This document shows, in pieces, positions 1 through 9,675 of a DNA stretch of 64,000 nt; within the stretch, counting starts at the first letter, position 1, and each line of letters starts with the position of its first letter. A model generated the notes under the pieces. It saw nothing but the letters and a program-made list of their open reading frames with translations. It was not told the DNA's origin and did no database searches. Source of the stretch: a virus. The position numbers were made by a program, and so were the translations under genes. The stretch spans positions 25,753 through 89,752 of the IMG/VR virus record IMGVR_UViG_3300022198_002714. One strand, 5' to 3'.

Positions 1-665
1 TTCCATTTTTTGAACTTCGGGTATTTGGTGTTATTACCGTTTGCAGTACGAGTGATGCTCACTACGGCGTTTGCCTGTCCGGTGTAGGGTGAAGTGCCCG
101 TTGAAGTAGTGTAAGGGGCACCCATAGCAGCAATACGATTTGCAATTCCTTGAGCAATAGATGCTGCTGATTTGGCGGTCGAGGTTGACGCATCGTACGT
201 GCTTACCCAATGAACTGAGTTTGGAGCGAAGAAACCATCCGATGCTGAGTCTTCCACAAAGTAAATTACATTCGTATCATCGAGAGCAAGTCTTGGTGTA
301 TTGAGATTGGAAATAGTAGTAGGTTCCCAATATCCTAAAGCACTTACCTTGACCACTTCCTCTTTTTCAGCATCAGTAATTTCATCTCCAATTTTTCGTA
401 CTCCGTCTATCCTGTACGAAAAATCAATTGAAGCACTCGCTTGCGTGCTTGACGACACAAACACCGCATCATCATCGGTCATGACACCTTCCAATTGAAT
501 GACGGCACGGGTCAGGTTGGAGTCGGTAGCGACACGGTGAGAACCTGAGTACACAAGTGGCTTGGGGTTGAACTTGCGGTCCACGTCCATTGTGACCGTC
601 GTGACGTTCAACTCAATGATGCCGCCGTTGCGCTGAATCAGACGAATCGGTGTACCGTTCGCCAT
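1..665 (-). CDS. Tail protein following the tape measure (distal-tail/hub position); runs off the window
   Basis: Not in the ORF track. ATG at 665 overlaps the tape-measure stop (TGATG); reads MANGTPIRLIQRNGGIIELNVTTVTMDVDRK... open to position 1. Confidence 0.6.
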   Translation of the reverse strand, partial: MANGTPIRLIQRNGGIIELNVTTVTMDVDRKFNPKPLVYSGSHRVATDSNLTRAVIQLEGVMTDDDAVFVSSSTQASASIDFSYRIDGVRKIGDEITDAEKEEVVKVSALGYWEPTTISNLNTPRLALDDTNVIYFVEDSASDGFFAPNSVHWVSTYDASTSTAKSAASIAQGIANRIAAMGAPYTTSTGTSPYTGQANAVVSITRTANGNNTKYPKFKKW

Positions 666-1723
666 CAGAACCGCCCCCTCATGGTGGTGCCGCCAAGGTT
701 GCGGGCCAACTCCTGCTGAATCATGTTGCCAATCTCACGGGCCAATTGCCGCTTGTCGGTACGGTCGGTGATGCCTCCCGCGTTGACTGTGATGTTGTAG
801 GTTTGATTGCCGCCCGGAGCGTTGTCGCCCGTAAGCGGCACAACCGCTTCGGGGCCTGCCTCACCGATAAGTGCAAGCGTAGGGGAGTTGACGATACCAC
901 CCTTAGCGAGTGCAGGAATCGTCCAACTGCTGAGGTCCATGCCTACCGTTTGTTCACCGAATGGCCCAAGGTCGAATGTCTTTGAGAAGTTCAAAGCACC
1001 AACAACTGCATTCCATCCCTCAATGATGATGTTGAGTGGTGCTTTCATCAAGTCACCAAATTGAGTAGCAAGGTTGCTGAAGAAGGTCGTAATTGACTCA
1101 CCCGTAGCCGCAAGCGTACCGCTTGGGTCGGCAATGAAATCCATGAGCCATCCAATGACAGTACCACCGACGTTCATAGCGAAGTCAAAGAAGTCCCCGA
1201 CCTTCGTAATGCCAAAGTTTGCCACACCACTCAGCAGGTTGACGATGGTGCTGAGCGGTTCGGGTAGCGCACCAATGGCAAGGTCAATCCGGTCCTTGAT
1301 GGAGAACGATGCAAACGCACCGCTGCCCGTAATGAAGTCGAAGACGAGTTGAAGCGGCTCAGGAATTACAAGAGCGAAAATACCCGCCCAATCAATTGAG
1401 AATCCGTCAAAGAGTCCTGTCCAATACTCTTTGGTGAAGACTTCAGGTAATTCAAATCCGGTGAACAGGGCAAAGATACCTTCGACTTTTTCCATCACCC
1501 CGTCCTTGATTTCCTGCCAACGAGCCATCACATTTGTCTTGAACTCGTCCCACCAAAGTTTGAGGTTCTCCCACTTTTCCAAGATGGGGGTCACCACGTT
1601 GTCGTTCACGAAGGTCTTGATGGACTCAAATGCCTTGATTGCCGTCTTACCAATGTCCTCAAACGCAGGGGCGATGCCTTGTACGAGGTTCGACAAGGAC
1701 GCCATGGTTGAGAGCAGCGTCAT
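665..1723 (-). CDS. Tail tape-measure-like protein (352 aa)
   Basis: Amphipathic Trp/Phe-periodic helical repeats; C-terminal ALAKGGIV...LIGEAGPEAVVPL motif typical of tape-measure C-termini; follows the chaperone pair. Confidence 0.7.
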   Translation of the reverse strand: MTLLSTMASLSNLVQGIAPAFEDIGKTAIKAFESIKTFVNDNVVTPILEKWENLKLWWDEFKTNVMARWQEIKDGVMEKVEGIFALFTGFELPEVFTKEYWTGLFDGFSIDWAGIFALVIPEPLQLVFDFITGSGAFASFSIKDRIDLAIGALPEPLSTIVNLLSGVANFGITKVGDFFDFAMNVGGTVIGWLMDFIADPSGTLAATGESITTFFSNLATQFGDLMKAPLNIIIEGWNAVVGALNFSKTFDLGPFGEQTVGMDLSSWTIPALAKGGIVNSPTLALIGEAGPEAVVPLTGDNAPGGNQTYNITVNAGGITDRTDKRQLAREIGNMIQQELARNLGGTTMRGRF

Positions 1724-1727
1724 ATCT

Positions 1728-2003
1728 TCACTCCCAATTCAAGAACGAGTAATCGAGGCTTACGGTTTCGCGGTCGCCGCCCTTCGCCTGTTGTCTCCTA
1801 CGTTCGCTCTCCTTTGTCTTCTCTTCGGTCGCCACCATTGCCCAAACGAGGGACTGCTTGAAGAGCCGAGGACTGAGGGCGTACACTTCTGCAAGGGACA
1901 TACCGTAGTGCTGCGAGATGATGTAGGCCCACAGTTCAATCTGTGTCGCTAAATCCTCTCCGCTATCGTACGTTGTCTTCTTGAGAAAGCGTTCGACCCT
2001 CAC
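1728..2003 (-). CDS. Tail assembly chaperone, downstream part (lambda T-like)
   Basis: Lies just before the tape measure; overlaps the upstream ORF in the -1 frame; 'HYGMSLAEVYALSP' resembles GT-type chaperone C-terminal parts. Confidence 0.5.
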   Translation of the reverse strand: MRVERFLKKTTYDSGEDLATQIELWAYIISQHYGMSLAEVYALSPRLFKQSLVWAMVATEEKTKESERRRQQAKGGDRETVSLDYSFLNWE

Positions 2004-2368
2004 TCGCTCGGCGTCATAAACCCCCCTTGCATGGCCTCCGCAATCTCATTTGGCTGCGGAAGCACACGCGACACGGCTTCACCGATAGGTCCCTTCAGGG
2101 ACAGGAGTTCAGCACCCGTCAGGGCGGGGTTGGTGCGCACAATCCAATTGGAGAAGGCATGCTCCCAATACGCCTTGAGCGAGAGAGAGATTTCACCGTT
2201 TTGAATAAAGACCATTTTTTGTGCGGCGTCCTGAATATCGAGGAACGAAATGTCGCGCACCCAAACCTCAATGACCTGCGAGGGGTCATTGGGATTCACG
2301 GGTACAACGTGCATCGTTTCATCATTCGTCTTCAACAACAGGCTCTTGTCCGTCACTACTTGTGTCAT
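2000..2368 (-). CDS. Tail assembly chaperone (lambda G-like)
   Basis: 122 aa between tail tube and tape measure; ends near a G6T3 run. Confidence 0.5.
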   Translation of the reverse strand: MTQVVTDKSLLLKTNDETMHVVPVNPNDPSQVIEVWVRDISFLDIQDAAQKMVFIQNGEISLSLKAYWEHAFSNWIVRTNPALTGAELLSLKGPIGEAVSRVLPQPNEIAEAMQGGFMTPSE

Positions 2369-2837
2369 TCAATTCATCTCCAATGGGTGCAGCCGCCTCT
2401 TCTTCGACGGGGGCATCCGACTCGACTTCAGGGGCCGCTTCTTCAGCGGGGCCTTCCGTCTCATCTTCTTCGATTTCGATGCCGTTGTCGTGCTGACGCA
2501 GGCGCAGTACAATCTCGGCCTTAGTGCCGTACACCGGCAAGCCGCGCTCCTTGCACAAATCACGCAGTTCGGCAACGGTCATGGCGTCATACGCCAAAGT
2601 GGAGGGAAATGGGGTGTCCTCTTCAGTCACGACCTCTTCAGCAGGTTGTTCCACCACTTCAACCTCTTCGACCACCGACTCTTCCGGTACGGCAAGACGC
2701 TCTCGTACCCAAGTAAGGATGGCCGAGTGGCTTGAGACAGGGCATTCCGCTGCATGCTCGACGCCATTCTGTTCACACACCCAAAGAGCGTACTGCTCAA
2801 GCCCAAGCCGTCGGCACATAGCGGTGGATATAATCAT
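2322..2837 (-). CDS. Acidic SAP-domain protein
   Basis: MTVAELRDLCKERGLPVYGTKAEIVLRL matches the SAP motif; Glu-rich flanks; GAGGTGA RBS upstream. Confidence 0.75.
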   Translation of the reverse strand: MIISTAMCRRLGLEQYALWVCEQNGVEHAAECPVSSHSAILTWVRERLAVPEESVVEEVEVVEQPAEEVVTEEDTPFPSTLAYDAMTVAELRDLCKERGLPVYGTKAEIVLRLRQHDNGIEIEEDETEGPAEEAAPEVESDAPVEEEAAAPIGDELNDTSSDGQEPVVEDE

Positions 2838-2846
2838 TCTCTCACC

Positions 2847-4700
2847 TCAGTATTTCAGCAGGGTATCACGTGACAGGACGCGCATGGACTTGGGCATGAC
2901 CTTGAGTTGGCTCTTGACAACACCCTTGTCTTCGGGGATTTGGAGGGGTGCCTCAACGATGTAGTACTCGTCAATGAGGATGACCATGCGTTCGCTATTT
3001 CCAGCAGCCGTGTTACCGAGTGGCTTCTCAAACTCAATGACGATTTGCCCGTTTGTGGCACCGGTTTTGTGAACGCTGAACTCGGTGGCCGAGCGCATCT
3101 TGTTGAAGAACAACGGGTCGTCCACCATGACTTCAAGCGACAACTCGTAGGAGGTCTTGCCTTCAACCATCAGGGCGGTGTTGCGGCTACCACCGAAGGG
3201 TACGGCTTCATCAGCGGTACCTGAGTTCTGCGTTGAGCCGTTGATGGTGTGGAATGCCTGTATGCCGGTCTGCCCACTCAGGGTGAAGTTCAGCACCTTC
3301 CCTGCTTGCACACCGGCAATGTTGATGCTACCGTCATAGAACATGAAGGGCTTCTGCGTACCCAAACCGATGCCCGAGTTGAGGCGGTTGACATGGTTGT
3401 TGGCCGTGTCGTCAAACAGGCGGTGTGGGTCGTACCGGTCCGTGGACGTACCGGGGTTTTCCAAGCGACCCGCATCCGTGTAGCAAAGGGCCGAGTTGAA
3501 GTTGACCGCAAGACGCAGGGCAGCGTCGTTGTCGGTGGAGAGGGTAAAGTCCGTCACCTTGCAGCCACGAAACACACGGGTCAGCGTCTTGGCATCGGTC
3601 ACACCACCGTCATTCACAGTATCGGCGTCCTTGTCAAGACGGCGGTGGGACACCTCAAGGCTGAACGAAGGGGTGTGCGAGCGAGCGAAAAGCAGGTGCG
3701 TCACAGGATTCGTAATCGCACACGTCGAAGCAGCAATGGAAGGTGCGTTACCCGCGTTGTACACGTGGTGACTGACTGTACGCCCCGTAGTGTGGTCGTA
3801 GGCCAACGGCTCGTCAAGGAAAATGACATTGCCTCTCTTTCCAACAATACGACGGATTTCATGGGGGTATGCGTTATCAAAAAGTCGGGCATCAACCGAT
3901 TTGTCCCATACCGAGGTAATTGGCTCATGGTCAAGAACAACAGGCAAAGCGGTAACATCATCTTTGATATGAATGAAATTGCCAACCGCGAATGAACTTG
4001 CGTCAGCGAGCGTCACAGACGTAGCACCAACTTTCGTTTCGCCGTTCAAAGTGGACGTAGTACCGGAGTCAGGCAGCGTTGAAATCTCGTTGCCAAGGCA
4101 ATACTTGAGCCATCGAGCGGTGTGCATCGCCACCTCAAAAGAACCACCTTCGGTGATGAACTTGCCCGGAACCTGCACGGCGGTATCTCGACCAAGACCG
4201 ACAACGTGGTACCGCTTGAGGTCCACCTTGGTTTCAGGCAGCGTGAGTGCGGTAGCAATACCGAGGAATTGGTCGGTAAGAACATTCTCCGTAGGTCCAC
4301 TACTTGCATACGCATTGTTTAGAGCGTCCACAGGCGGTGTCTTGTACGGCAGGACGTGCAATGAATGCGAGGTACCGGTACCGGCCAAAAGAGCAGGCGA
4401 AAAGTTCAGCGTATTACCGTCGTTTCCGGTGATGGTGAACACGCGACCATCAGCAGCGTTATCCCCACTACCCACAGGTGTTTGACCGGTCAACACAAAC
4501 TGAGAGCCAACAAGTATGTCTTTGGGAAACATCAATCGGTTGCTACCGTCAAAGAAAGGAGCAACACCGGACGTGAAGGTGAACGACGTATCACCTAACG
4601 CTCCCTCAAAAGAAGCATCCGTTCCATGTACGAGCGTAAAACCCGTCTCCGTTGCGAAGGAAACCTCCGCCAAATCACCCTTGTACACAGTACCCGGCAT
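2847..4700 (-). CDS. Major tail (tube) protein with inserted beta-rich domains
   Basis: 617 aa, Thr/Gly-rich; tube-like segments (TPSFSLEV; RVFRGCKVTDFTLS...LRLAVNF); canonical position in the tail module. Confidence 0.6.
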   Translation of the reverse strand: MPGTVYKGDLAEVSFATETGFTLVHGTDASFEGALGDTSFTFTSGVAPFFDGSNRLMFPKDILVGSQFVLTGQTPVGSGDNAADGRVFTITGNDGNTLNFSPALLAGTGTSHSLHVLPYKTPPVDALNNAYASSGPTENVLTDQFLGIATALTLPETKVDLKRYHVVGLGRDTAVQVPGKFITEGGSFEVAMHTARWLKYCLGNEISTLPDSGTTSTLNGETKVGATSVTLADASSFAVGNFIHIKDDVTALPVVLDHEPITSVWDKSVDARLFDNAYPHEIRRIVGKRGNVIFLDEPLAYDHTTGRTVSHHVYNAGNAPSIAASTCAITNPVTHLLFARSHTPSFSLEVSHRRLDKDADTVNDGGVTDAKTLTRVFRGCKVTDFTLSTDNDAALRLAVNFNSALCYTDAGRLENPGTSTDRYDPHRLFDDTANNHVNRLNSGIGLGTQKPFMFYDGSINIAGVQAGKVLNFTLSGQTGIQAFHTINGSTQNSGTADEAVPFGGSRNTALMVEGKTSYELSLEVMVDDPLFFNKMRSATEFSVHKTGATNGQIVIEFEKPLGNTAAGNSERMVILIDEYYIVEAPLQIPEDKGVVKSQLKVMPKSMRVLSRDTLLKY

Positions 4701-4709
4701 CTTCTCACC

Positions 4710-5159
4710 TCAAGGAATCAGTTCTGCAAGTGTTACAACTTCAATCTGAAATGTCATCCGGTGCATGTGTTTGCTACGGTCTGACAGGTCGGTGCGCGTC
4801 TTGAACACCATACGGTCGAAGTTGATACCATCCCCCTTGCGCTTTGAATGGACGAGCCGTCGTATCTCGTTCTCAAGTTTTTGCAAGTGCTTCCGTCCTT
4901 TAACCGTTCGGGCATCAACGGTGATGTTGATTCGCGTTGTCACAAAGTCGTAAAACAACTCAGGAGCCTCTTCGTTATGCGCCGTTTCGTACAGGAGAAT
5001 GAAGTCGTGCTTCTGCAAGTCAAGACGCTTACCATGTTCAGGGTCCGTGGTCGTAATGTCAATCACAACAGGGCGGTAGTTGCCCGTGTTGGCGCGGTTC
5101 CAATTATCCTGAAACAACCCAACCATAACGTCGAGGCCTTCAGTCCACGTTGCAACCAT
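4710..5159 (-). CDS. Putative tail terminator/completion protein
   Basis: 149 aa directly upstream of the tail tube; alpha/beta pattern ending 'RMTFQIEVV'. Confidence 0.45.
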   Translation of the reverse strand: MVATWTEGLDVMVGLFQDNWNRANTGNYRPVVIDITTTDPEHGKRLDLQKHDFILLYETAHNEEAPELFYDFVTTRINITVDARTVKGRKHLQKLENEIRRLVHSKRKGDGINFDRMVFKTRTDLSDRSKHMHRMTFQIEVVTLAELIP

Positions 5160-5527
5160 TACCGAATCCCCTCCGTACGCTTCATCTCTTTCAGGTCACG
5201 GTAGTCAAGGGGTACAAAAAAACCATCCTTGTACTGCAATTGCTGCTCACGAATCTGAAAGTTGGCAGCAAGCATTTGCCGGTCCACCGAATCGTTAATT
5301 GATTCAACCACCATTTCATTTGCAGGCTCACCCTCTTCGTTGATGATTTGACCCTCGATGAACTCGCAATCAGCCGCGCCTGCTTCGATGCGAAGGAACA
5401 TTTCACGCATGCTCGCAGGCTCTTGGGTGAAGTATTCACGCAAGTCGGCCTGCAACTTCTTGTCTTTCATGTACATCTCGGTAAGCCCATCAACAAGAGC
5501 CATGCCTTGCTTCGTGAACTCCCTCAC
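5159..5527 (-). CDS. Hypothetical protein in head-tail module
   Basis: Coupled to both neighbours. Confidence 0.6.
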   Translation of the reverse strand: MREFTKQGMALVDGLTEMYMKDKKLQADLREYFTQEPASMREMFLRIEAGAADCEFIEGQIINEEGEPANEMVVESINDSVDRQMLAANFQIREQQLQYKDGFFVPLDYRDLKEMKRTEGIR

Positions 5528-7110
5528 TCAAACACCACCAACTCAACATAGCGGGGCAGGGTTCGGTCAATTTCAGCCTGATACAGTTGCACCTTGCTTG
5601 CAAGGTCAATGTTCTGCGTACCTTCAGGAATCAGTACGCTGCGGTCGTCAGCCATCAGCAACTCGATGGCAACCATCTTTGTGCAAACGTCTTCAATTGC
5701 TTTTTCGATGTACCGCTCGCCATAGATGTAAGCGACCTTAATTGCGTTCCATTCAAAGAAAGGATAGGAGTTGTTGAAGTAAATGATACCCTGCTCCGGG
5801 TCAAGCCACCAATCGCGCAGACGGCCCACGTCACCGCTGCTGCTGCCGCCTTGCAGGTCCACTTGGAAGGTCTGCTGCGAGATGGTACCCGTCACGGCAG
5901 TATGGTCACCGGCCACGTCAGCGCAACCCGTGAATGTGGTTGCTGTCTTGCCCGTGTAGCGGAAGACAATGGCTCCGTTGATGGCAACACCGGCATTCAC
6001 GAACCCCTCAGTCGAGTTCACCGTGATAGTCCCCGACACGGCAGAAACCACCGTAGCCGTCCGTCCCGCCGTCTGCTCAATCACAATGTCAGACGAGGTG
6101 GACACGATGCTGCACGTTTCACCGCTCTTAACGGGGCGCATACTTGTGATTTTGACGACTCCCGTACCAAGGTCAGCGTTCGCGCTTGCGAGGAACTCGT
6201 TGTGTACGGCGACATTGGTAGTGGAGCCTTCAAGCGTAAAAGCAGGACTAAACGTCACCGCAGCCTTGTTCACCCTGTCTTCCTTGTTGATGAGGTCAGC
6301 AAGATTTTGAGCCGCCGTGGTCGCGTCAAAATCTCCACGCCAATTAGTACTGCCGCTACCAACAGAAAGAGTGCCAACACTCCCGTTACCACTACTAACG
6401 TACAGACTCTTCCCACCCAAGCCCGAAACATCTGCCAATTTGATGCGGGCTTCGGCTGCTCCGATTTCACGGTAGTCGTCTCCTTGCCACAACTCAATTC
6501 GCAACACTTGTTGTACGTTACGGAACATAAGTGGGGCTGTACCTACATAATCGGTGTAGTAGCGGCGGCGGTAGGGCTTGTACGTGTCGAAGTTGATGTA
6601 CTCAGCCGTGACAAGGTAGGGTCGCCAAGCGTTGTGCGTGATGTTGTCAATCCGGTCTTGCATGCGCTGAATCACATGCTCGACCTTGGCCTTGGTCACA
6701 CCACGGGTCTTGCCGTTGGTGAATGAGGCTTGGTTCTGAATGTAGCCGTTGTCAGCGACTTGGTAGTCAGCAGCCGTCAACGGGGAAGTCGTGAAGGTGA
6801 TTTTGACGTGTCCCTTGCCTGCTGAGTCCCCTGCGGTACTCGCAGCGATGGTACTGATTACCAAATCTTCGTGACCAAACGGGTCAGCATCGCTATACAC
6901 CCGAACAAGGTCACCAACCTCAAAACCGTGGCTGCGGAACTCGGTCCCTGTGATGTACACGGCATCTGTGTCTGCATCAGCACTCATCAGCACCGCGTCT
7001 GCGGGTCCAATGTCGAGCAGGTCAGCGACTTTCTGAACGGTTGTGTACACGATTGCCGATGGGTCCAAGGGCCGAGTTTCCGGCTCACCGGGACTGAAGA
7101 CAACGGGCAT
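5524..7110 (-). CDS. Head-tail adaptor/neck protein with inserted domains
   Basis: N-terminal YTTVQKVADLL and C-terminal IKVAYIYG...IEDVCTKMVAIEL resemble gp15/gp6-type adaptors, with beta-rich insertions. Confidence 0.55.
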   Translation of the reverse strand: MPVVFSPGEPETRPLDPSAIVYTTVQKVADLLDIGPADAVLMSADADTDAVYITGTEFRSHGFEVGDLVRVYSDADPFGHEDLVISTIAASTAGDSAGKGHVKITFTTSPLTAADYQVADNGYIQNQASFTNGKTRGVTKAKVEHVIQRMQDRIDNITHNAWRPYLVTAEYINFDTYKPYRRRYYTDYVGTAPLMFRNVQQVLRIELWQGDDYREIGAAEARIKLADVSGLGGKSLYVSSGNGSVGTLSVGSGSTNWRGDFDATTAAQNLADLINKEDRVNKAAVTFSPAFTLEGSTTNVAVHNEFLASANADLGTGVVKITSMRPVKSGETCSIVSTSSDIVIEQTAGRTATVVSAVSGTITVNSTEGFVNAGVAINGAIVFRYTGKTATTFTGCADVAGDHTAVTGTISQQTFQVDLQGGSSSGDVGRLRDWWLDPEQGIIYFNNSYPFFEWNAIKVAYIYGERYIEKAIEDVCTKMVAIELLMADDRSVLIPEGTQNIDLASKVQLYQAEIDRTLPRYVELVVFE

Positions 7111-7134
7111 TCAACAACTCACCTCACGACTTCA

Positions 7135-8487
7135 TCAATAATAATCGCTACCGTCGAAATCAGGGTCTTTTAATGCGGCCCTGCAATTTTCGCAGAACTT
7201 CCATGCAGGTTCAGCCGATGAGTGAATGCTAAAGATGTGACCGCATTTTTCGCACTCTTTTTGGACGATAGGGTCAATGCCCCCAAGGTAAGGATTCCAA
7301 GATTGCTTCATCAGGCTCCAAGCGTCATTGAACGGTGTGCTACGGGTGAAGGCCTTGCCGTACATGTCATCATCACCGCCCTCGCCGGGGTCACGCATTT
7401 CAGGTATAGAGGTTTGAGATGGCATAACGTCTTCTTCCAAAAGACACTCAAGACATTTTTTTGCGTATTGTAAAGTGTACAAATCATCCTCTTGCTCAAC
7501 GTAAATACCGCTTTTGCAAACCGGACAATGCGCAAAATACTCCTGACCCTGCCAATCGTAAGGTCCGAGAGGGGTTACGTTTCCATCTGCGTCGTAAGAT
7601 TGTTGCCAATCTCGCTTGACAATTCTCCAAGCGTCATTGAACGGTGTGCTACGTGCGAAGGCCTTGCCGTACATGTCATCATCACCGCCCTCACCGGGGT
7701 CACGAATAGGTGGCTTCACGGTGCTACTCAAGCCAATTCTCATGTACTCAAGCACCTTTGCTTGGTCTTCAGGACTGAGTGAAGCCATCTGCGACAGGAA
7801 AGCATCGCTGCCGGTGACGGGGGGTGTCTCAGGCTCAACCTCAACAGGCTTTGGCGCACGTGCAGATGCCGACATGTCCGGCGCGGCAGGCAATTTTTCA
7901 GACAAGTTTCCTTCTTCGTCAAACAATTCCTTTGCCCCTTCAGGCATGGGGAAGCCATACGACTCAGCGTTCTTGGCCTGCGCACTATCCTGCATGGCTT
8001 GCAACTTCTTTGACTGACCTGCCTTGCCTGCGAGGGTTTGCACTTGCTTTGTGCCACTACGCATGGCGTTTTCTCGCTCAGCAGCACGCTGCTGCTTTGG
8101 CGTCATAAATGACTTGTGGTCGTCACCGGGACGATTAAACTCAGCAAAAACGTCCTCAAGGCTCTTACCCTTCATTTCTGCCTGTCTTTCAGGGTCAATG
8201 TCCATAGGGTCATTTACAAACTCAAGGTCGTGCATTTTAGGATTGGCAAGCATCTGCAACATGATGAGTTCACGAAGACGGTCAGCAGCGGGGCCGTAAT
8301 TCGGGTCAGCCTGATTCGTCCAACCCATCTCACGCAACTGAGGATAGGCAATCTTGTTAGCAACACGCGACAAAGGGTGTGGCCCAAGACCTGCCTTCTT
8401 ACCTCCGGTGAGGGGATAGTACACCTTTTGTCGCTGAGGTGTCATTTCACGTCGGGCTTTGACAAGTACGTATGCCATTTTATTCAC
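7135..8487 (-). CDS. Modular protein with two tag repeats, each followed by a Zn-ribbon module
   Basis: RDPGEGGDDDMYGKAF(A/T)RSTPFNDAW occurs twice; CPVC...CLEC and CEKC...CENC modules follow. Confidence 0.75.
   Translation of the reverse strand: MNKMAYVLVKARREMTPQRQKVYYPLTGGKKAGLGPHPLSRVANKIAYPQLREMGWTNQADPNYGPAADRLRELIMLQMLANPKMHDLEFVNDPMDIDPERQAEMKGKSLEDVFAEFNRPGDDHKSFMTPKQQRAAERENAMRSGTKQVQTLAGKAGQSKKLQAMQDSAQAKNAESYGFPMPEGAKELFDEEGNLSEKLPAAPDMSASARAPKPVEVEPETPPVTGSDAFLSQMASLSPEDQAKVLEYMRIGLSSTVKPPIRDPGEGGDDDMYGKAFARSTPFNDAWRIVKRDWQQSYDADGNVTPLGPYDWQGQEYFAHCPVCKSGIYVEQEDDLYTLQYAKKCLECLLEEDVMPSQTSIPEMRDPGEGGDDDMYGKAFTRSTPFNDAWSLMKQSWNPYLGGIDPIVQKECEKCGHIFSIHSSAEPAWKFCENCRAALKDPDFDGSDYY
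7316..7704. repeat. 80-bp direct repeat pair (7316-7395, 7625-7704)
   Basis: ctccaagcgtcattgaacggtgtgctacg...ccggggtcacg twice, 3 mismatches, 309 bp apart (in frame). Confidence 0.9.
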
Positions 8488-8777
8488 AACCTGTTCTTTT
8501 CGTCTCGGTGTCCGAGGTTGTACTCCATAGGACGCTCACACGCACCACAGGTTGCCCGCCACAGGAAGTGGAGGAACCCGCAATGCACGCACCGCGTACC
8601 TGAGCCGATGTTCAGCACATCACCGATATTTGCATTCCGGTTGCGCTGAGCCGCCGTGACGCCCGCGAGGGGGCGGTCGGTGTTGGTGACGACCGCGTTC
8701 TCAAGGTCGTACTTGACGCCCTGCTTGCCTGCGCGAACGAGGTCTTCAAGTTCGATTGAACGTGCATCAAACCCCAT
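8484..8777 (-). CDS. Zn-ribbon protein
   Basis: CVHC...CGAC; start MGFDARS after GAGGTG RBS. Confidence 0.65.
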   Translation of the reverse strand: MGFDARSIELEDLVRAGKQGVKYDLENAVVTNTDRPLAGVTAAQRNRNANIGDVLNIGSGTRCVHCGFLHFLWRATCGACERPMEYNLGHRDEKNRL

Positions 8778-8788
8778 CGTACCCCACC

Positions 8789-8965
8789 TCATGTGAAGGA
8801 CACGACAAGATAGATGTTTCCAAGCACCGTGATTGGTTCTGCGCTAACGATAGAGTTGGCACCGATGGCCGCAGCAACGTCAGTAGCAACCGCTGAGTTC
8901 AACGCCGTAAGGTCGCTGAAGTCCTTGGGCGAGTATGGCCCAATCACCTTCGCTCCTTCCGCCAA
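8789..8965 (-). CDS. Small putative virion protein (58 aa, absent from ORF track)
   Basis: GAGGTGA RBS, TTG start, MAEGAKVIGPYSPKDFSDLTALNSAVATDVAAAIGANSIVSAEPITVLGNIYLVVSFT; fills the gap between neighbours. Confidence 0.6.
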   Translation of the reverse strand: MAEGAKVIGPYSPKDFSDLTALNSAVATDVAAAIGANSIVSAEPITVLGNIYLVVSFT

Positions 8966-8976
8966 GAGGAATCACC

Positions 8977-9318
8977 TCAAGCGCGGCGACCGATGGCGAA
9001 GAAGGTCCCTGCAACGGTTGAGCCGGGAGTAGCGGGGGCAGCGCCACCACCGTCAGGGTCAAGTTCCTTCTGAGCAGGGTACACCGTAATGGTGGTTCCG
9101 CTCACCGTAGCCACGTCGAGAAGGTTCAGGGTACCGGTACCCGTACCATCATCTTGCGTAAAGCCCTGCTCCACCACAGACGCGGGGTTAATTGTGAACG
9201 TGTCAATGCTGCTGAAAAACGCGCTCAGGTTAATGGTCGTTTCACCGGCATCATACGAACCGGTCACAATGAAGCGGTCACCAAAAACGGTCGGTCGGGG
9301 GTCAATAGTTACTGCCAT
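8977..9318 (-). CDS. Putative head decoration/cement protein
   Basis: Small Thr/Gly-rich beta protein downstream of the MCP. Confidence 0.45.
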   Translation of the reverse strand: MAVTIDPRPTVFGDRFIVTGSYDAGETTINLSAFFSSIDTFTINPASVVEQGFTQDDGTGTGTLNLLDVATVSGTTITVYPAQKELDPDGGGAAPATPGSTVAGTFFAIGRRA

Positions 9319-9324
9319 TTATCA

Positions 9325-9666
9325 TCACTCCTGTGTTTCTTCGGTTGGTGCCGTCGGATTTAGGTGTTCCTCAACCAAGGCAAGTCCTGCCGCCTTGGTC
9401 ACGTAGCCGGAATACTCCACGCCCTGTTCGTCAAGCCAATCGAGAATGTCTTTGCGGGACCATCCGGCGTCAGGCAGGCCATCGCCGCCTTCATCCACCG
9501 TGATGCCTGCATCACCCTCGATGACAAACTGACTTTCAGGGAGGTGAGTACGCCACGTGTCGAGCCACTCCTGACTGACCTCCACGGACTTATGCCGCCT
9601 GAACACGCTTGGGCCATCAGGCCTTCGCCGCTCAAACGAGCGTCCCACGTAGGTCACGACGGGCAC
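9325..9666 (-). CDS. Protein with C-terminal HeH/LEM (SAP-like) motif
   Basis: WSRKDILDWLDEQGVEYSGYVTKAAGLALV. Confidence 0.55.
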   Translation of the reverse strand: MPVVTYVGRSFERRRPDGPSVFRRHKSVEVSQEWLDTWRTHLPESQFVIEGDAGITVDEGGDGLPDAGWSRKDILDWLDEQGVEYSGYVTKAAGLALVEEHLNPTAPTEETQE

Positions 9667-9675
9667 TCAACCACC

